Shown here: positions 34,401-36,712 of the stretch, one piece after another | Layout: every line of letters starts with the position of its first letter | Position numbering within the stretch: position 1 is the first letter of the stretch | Notes under the pieces: model-generated | What the model was told of the DNA's origin: nothing | Seen by the model: only the letters and a program-made list of their open reading frames with translations | The model's database searches: none | Virus record (IMG/VR): IMGVR_UViG_3300048026_000602 | Span: 1 to 36,712 of that record | Strand: one strand, 5' to 3' | DNA from: a virus | Taxonomy: Duplodnaviria; Caudoviricetes | Length of the DNA: 36,712 nt | Made by a program: the position numbers and the translations under genes

Positions 34401-36712
34401 ACGGGATTAGATTCAAAGTCAAATCCACCTGTTCCACTAATTGTAAGTCTTGCAGTTTCATTCGTTCCCAAAACCAAACTTCTACTACTTGAGTTATGAT
34501 ACAAGTGCATTGCATTTGCATCTAAAGCAATAGCACCCTGATAACCATTTCCATCAACCTCTAGCTGTCCATTAGCAGAAGCATCCATACTAATGTCTGT
34601 GCCATCTCCTGCATGAAGATTACCAGATGATGTTATAGCACCTGAATTTATAGTTCCTGATACCGTTGTATTAGAACCAAGTGTGATTAGTGAACCAGTA
34701 TCTGTAATATTTGAATCGTCTAATATTGACCCATTGAATTTGACTACTTTATTAGTAACTATATTTGTAACGCCGATAGAGGTCGCTGAAATAGCACCTG
34801 ATGAGATAGTTCCAACCCCAGTTAAATTACCGCCTGATGATACTGTGATTGCTTCATTAAGAATTAAAGGTGCAGCTCCGCCATTGCCTGAATTTATATA
34901 TGAGTTTGAATCATCAACCCAAAGTCTCATTGATCTTGCATCTGTTGAATCTAATATAGCTATTCCACTTTCGTCATTATTTGCTTCTTGATTGACTTGT
35001 AGGAATCCATACTGATTTTGATTTGTAGTATCACCAATTTGAACTTTATTGCCTAATCTTATTTCTTGACCACTGCCATCAAATACACTTGAGCCACCTG
35101 CAAAAAGCCTTACCCTATCATTGCTAAATCTAAGATAAGTATCAGTATCGTTGTAATGGTATATATATTGCGGTATTTCAACAAAGTCATGTGCCAAAAC
35201 CATTGCTGTTGTAAGATTTACCGCGGTCCCTGACGTTACATCTGATGCCGACACTTCAAACTCTATAATGCCCTCAGTTCCTGTTCCATCTGTATTAACA
35301 GCTATACGAGCAGCTTGCCCGTTTTGCTCAGGTACGCCTGATCTATGGTTAAAAGTTACGTTTGCATTGCCATACCCATCATTATGGGTAAGTGAAACAC
35401 CGCCATGAGCACTACTTGCTGTTATATAGCTTGTAGATGTAATAGCACCACTAGATATAGTTCCTGAGAATGTGGCGTTTTTATTAAAATCCCATTTATC
35501 ATTTGTGCCATCATAGGTAAATGTGGCATCAGTATCAGAACCACAATCAACTGTAAGTCCTGCACCATTGGCTGCTGCAGCATTAATAGCACCAGTTGCT
35601 AATTGAATATTTAAATCATCTATGTTTACAGTGGTTGAATTAATTGTAGTAGTTGTACCATCGATCTGTAGGTTTCCTGCAATGACAACTGTTCCTGTAT
35701 TATCGCCAACTGCCGCAGGGTCGATTGTAAAGGTAGCGGGACCTGCTAGATAACCACCAAGAGTTAGATTGCCACTAATATCTCCGTTACCATTAATATC
35801 TAAAGCAGTAGCCTCAACTTCGCCTGTGCTTGTAATAGCACCTGAATTAATTGTGCCTACCCCTTTAATATTATTGGAGTTCATATCCAAGTTAGCATTA
35901 GTAATGTCTATATCTTGTGTACCTGAACCTCCCTGTAATCTTATTCTTACTGTTTCACCTCCATTAGTACCATTATTAGACATTAATACTAAGTCACCTC
36001 CACCATGTCTATTTGTGACATAATGATCGTCTGAAGCTTCGTAAGCAAACTTTCTTGATGTTGTGTCTGTACCTGTACCTGTAAAATCTATAGAGTTATC
36101 AACGCCACCACTCATCTCAATTGATGTTCCCACACTAACTGCACTTCCTGATGTAATGCCACCTGCTGCAGTATAACTACCACTTAGATCAAAAGTATGT
36201 TTAGCACTTTCTCCATTATTTTCAAAAGTTAAAGTATTAGGTGAAGTTCTATAGTAAATTCTAAAATTTGGATTAGCCTCTGTATCGCCAAATTCAAGAC
36301 CTTGCGGACCTGTTGTGGATGTGAATCTAACCCGTGTAGCATCTCCTGAAAGTATTATGCTATCTGAAGATGTAATAGTTCCTGTTACGTCTATGCCTGT
36401 TGAGCTTGTGGCTAGTTTTACTGCGTTGTCGTGATAAAGTGCTACAGCACCGTCTGTACCAATAGTTAAACCTGTTTCATCAGCACTATTTCCCGTAAGA
36501 AAGTTAATAGCATTCCCACCAGAAATGTTTAAAACTCCATTTCCTTTTTCTTTAATGTAACTATTACTACCATCATGGTAAATCTCTAAATCATCAGAAT
36601 TACCGTAGGTGCTTTTTATCCCATCTTCAAATCTTATATTTTTAGATGCAACTGATATTTGCTCACCACCATCTAATCTAAAATAATTCGCAACACCGCC
36701 TGCACCATCATC
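31442..36712 (-). CDS. Long tail fibre with C-terminal peptidase S74 intramolecular chaperone (5' truncated)
   Basis: Frame stays open from 36133 to the window edge (DDGAGGVANYFRLDG...DLEIYHDGSNSYI); C-terminal SDIRQKENI...GVIAQD...YEHLTAILIEAVKEQ. Confidence 0.92.
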   Translation of the reverse strand, partial: DDGAGGVANYFRLDGGEQISVASKNIRFEDGIKSTYGNSDDLEIYHDGSNSYIKEKGNGVLNISGGNAINFLTGNSADETGLTIGTDGAVALYHDNAVKLATSSTGIDVTGTITSSDSIILSGDATRVRFTSTTGPQGLEFGDTEANPNFRIYYRTSPNTLTFENNGESAKHTFDLSGSYTAAGGITSGSAVSVGTSIEMSGGVDNSIDFTGTGTDTTSRKFAYEASDDHYVTNRHGGGDLVLMSNNGTNGGETVRIRLQGGSGTQDIDITNANLDMNSNNIKGVGTINSGAITSTGEVEATALDINGNGDISGNLTLGGYLAGPATFTIDPAAVGDNTGTVVIAGNLQIDGTTTTINSTTVNIDDLNIQLATGAINAAAANGAGLTVDCGSDTDATFTYDGTNDKWDFNKNATFSGTISSGAITSTSYITASSAHGGVSLTHNDGYGNANVTFNHRSGVPEQNGQAARIAVNTDGTGTEGIIEFEVSASDVTSGTAVNLTTAMVLAHDFVEIPQYIYHYNDTDTYLRFSNDRVRLFAGGSSVFDGSGQEIRLGNKVQIGDTTNQNQYGFLQVNQEANNDESGIAILDSTDARSMRLWVDDSNSYINSGNGGAAPLILNEAITVSSGGNLTGVGTISSGAISATSIGVTNIVTNKVVKFNGSILDDSNITDTGSLITLGSNTTVSGTINSGAITSSGNLHAGDGTDISMDASANGQLEVDGNGYQGAIALDANAMHLYHNSSSRSLVLGTNETARLTISGTGGFDFESNPVQGITTFTSSGNITTSQHIQLGSGYNLSWGGTYAANKPTIAGAGGFIAFYPTGATDGEVIRIDADGIDMNSHNLTEVGTISSGIITSTGADFSSTIEVNGSGTYAIVDNGSVGWSYSPQESGVASVRYFLLFNYDNNASYPYLTNRTPSGRVSIYAGTAAGAGENEKIRVNGGDGTTEIDMFGTLDMNTNNITSVGAITSSGNVSADTLTLTAGNDNLTITSSADDWYFRNAQQNNGLVLYNGAGGIDIQYAGTSVQKWDSDGGTNLISGSFKMGGSEIINSSGVYLNTISSSQVTTALGYTPYQEDTALSATTGVFSSTVNIDRELRLDARGDGGDGDNVLAFKDSSGNYSIRQNVNDGNGNYSISIGYSGVGNGQYAVTGDGAGKVLFGGHGRDGAVSINAAPTGTAGNDISFSIGLLVDGSDNTIRVGAPANGTGLDLTAGTKVFDASANAFATSYSVGVNEVISSTRVGTFPSINLDDQIISTGDTNTYMQFHAADQWRVVTGGSERLEVNNNRTAINNGYLQITGSDSHLIATTTATASTVRIGKTASTRSAIVFDTSSTGTTSTARTYTIENAAGDRLRIGNPDHPEALAINSSGNATFAGNITAPKLYINNGTTYGVGIVNGASARFDTVDSGNVNDPLELCYYSGNGVRIGPNGGDQYLSAGSIQITGDTVISSGRAVTAVSYGSPANTQTLYNGFNGVPMVQGVNGAAYYHGSDNAGYGIVIQGGHPICKSVKIGSVNAGTTVIDSSRQLTNISAILGNSSSGGTTTFNVGRGDVYFENNGNSNANGAGITLRTGTNPTTGSIFDVRSSGQACRFFSGQSITTAGINPFYVGAPSTGTESTAANYAILLNTNGDIKAEGNITAYGTVSDIRQKENIEQIDKPIERLEKIKGVTFNYKKKSEDERLMGVIAQDLLKDDILKLAVYEQEDFKAEDDDPLKHTYGVRYEHLTAILIEAVKEQQEQIESLKNEINNLKGEK

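Noticed and set aside
22892-36712. Diversity-generating retroelement acting on tail genes
   Set aside because: No reverse transcriptase in the window; the repeats seen are in-frame duplications, not adenine-specific TR/VR pairs (checked by eye only).
1-36712. Stop-codon recoding, introns or inteins
   Set aside because: Core genes are full length and tightly packed under the standard code, with no obvious insertions in terL, polA or the helicases.

Overview
AT-rich fragment of a tailed dsDNA phage genome (podovirus-like, P22-type portal), probably marine. A csrA homolog weakly suggests a gammaproteobacterial host. Layout: (i) a leftward packaging block (HNH, terS, terL, truncated portal; 1-3029); (ii) a divergent control/early region (3030-5760) with three positionally conserved hairpin elements, a twice-repeated palindrome, a 12-copy TGTWACA array and a structured non-coding segment; (iii) a rightward early/replication operon (MoxR-type AAA+, Nmad5-like protein, metallopeptidase-vWA, NrdR-like Zn ribbon, PolA, CsrA, primase-SF3 helicase, Cas4-like nuclease, SNF2 helicase, VRR-NUC-like, DUF3310, DUF1289; to 20893); (iv) a leftward late block (small basic proteins, tail tip/fibres, lysis genes, giant S74-chaperone tail fibre truncated at the window edge). 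The late operon probably continues from the left end round to the right end outside the window. Several small genes absent from the ORF track were translated by hand. Family names come from motif recognition, not database searches.
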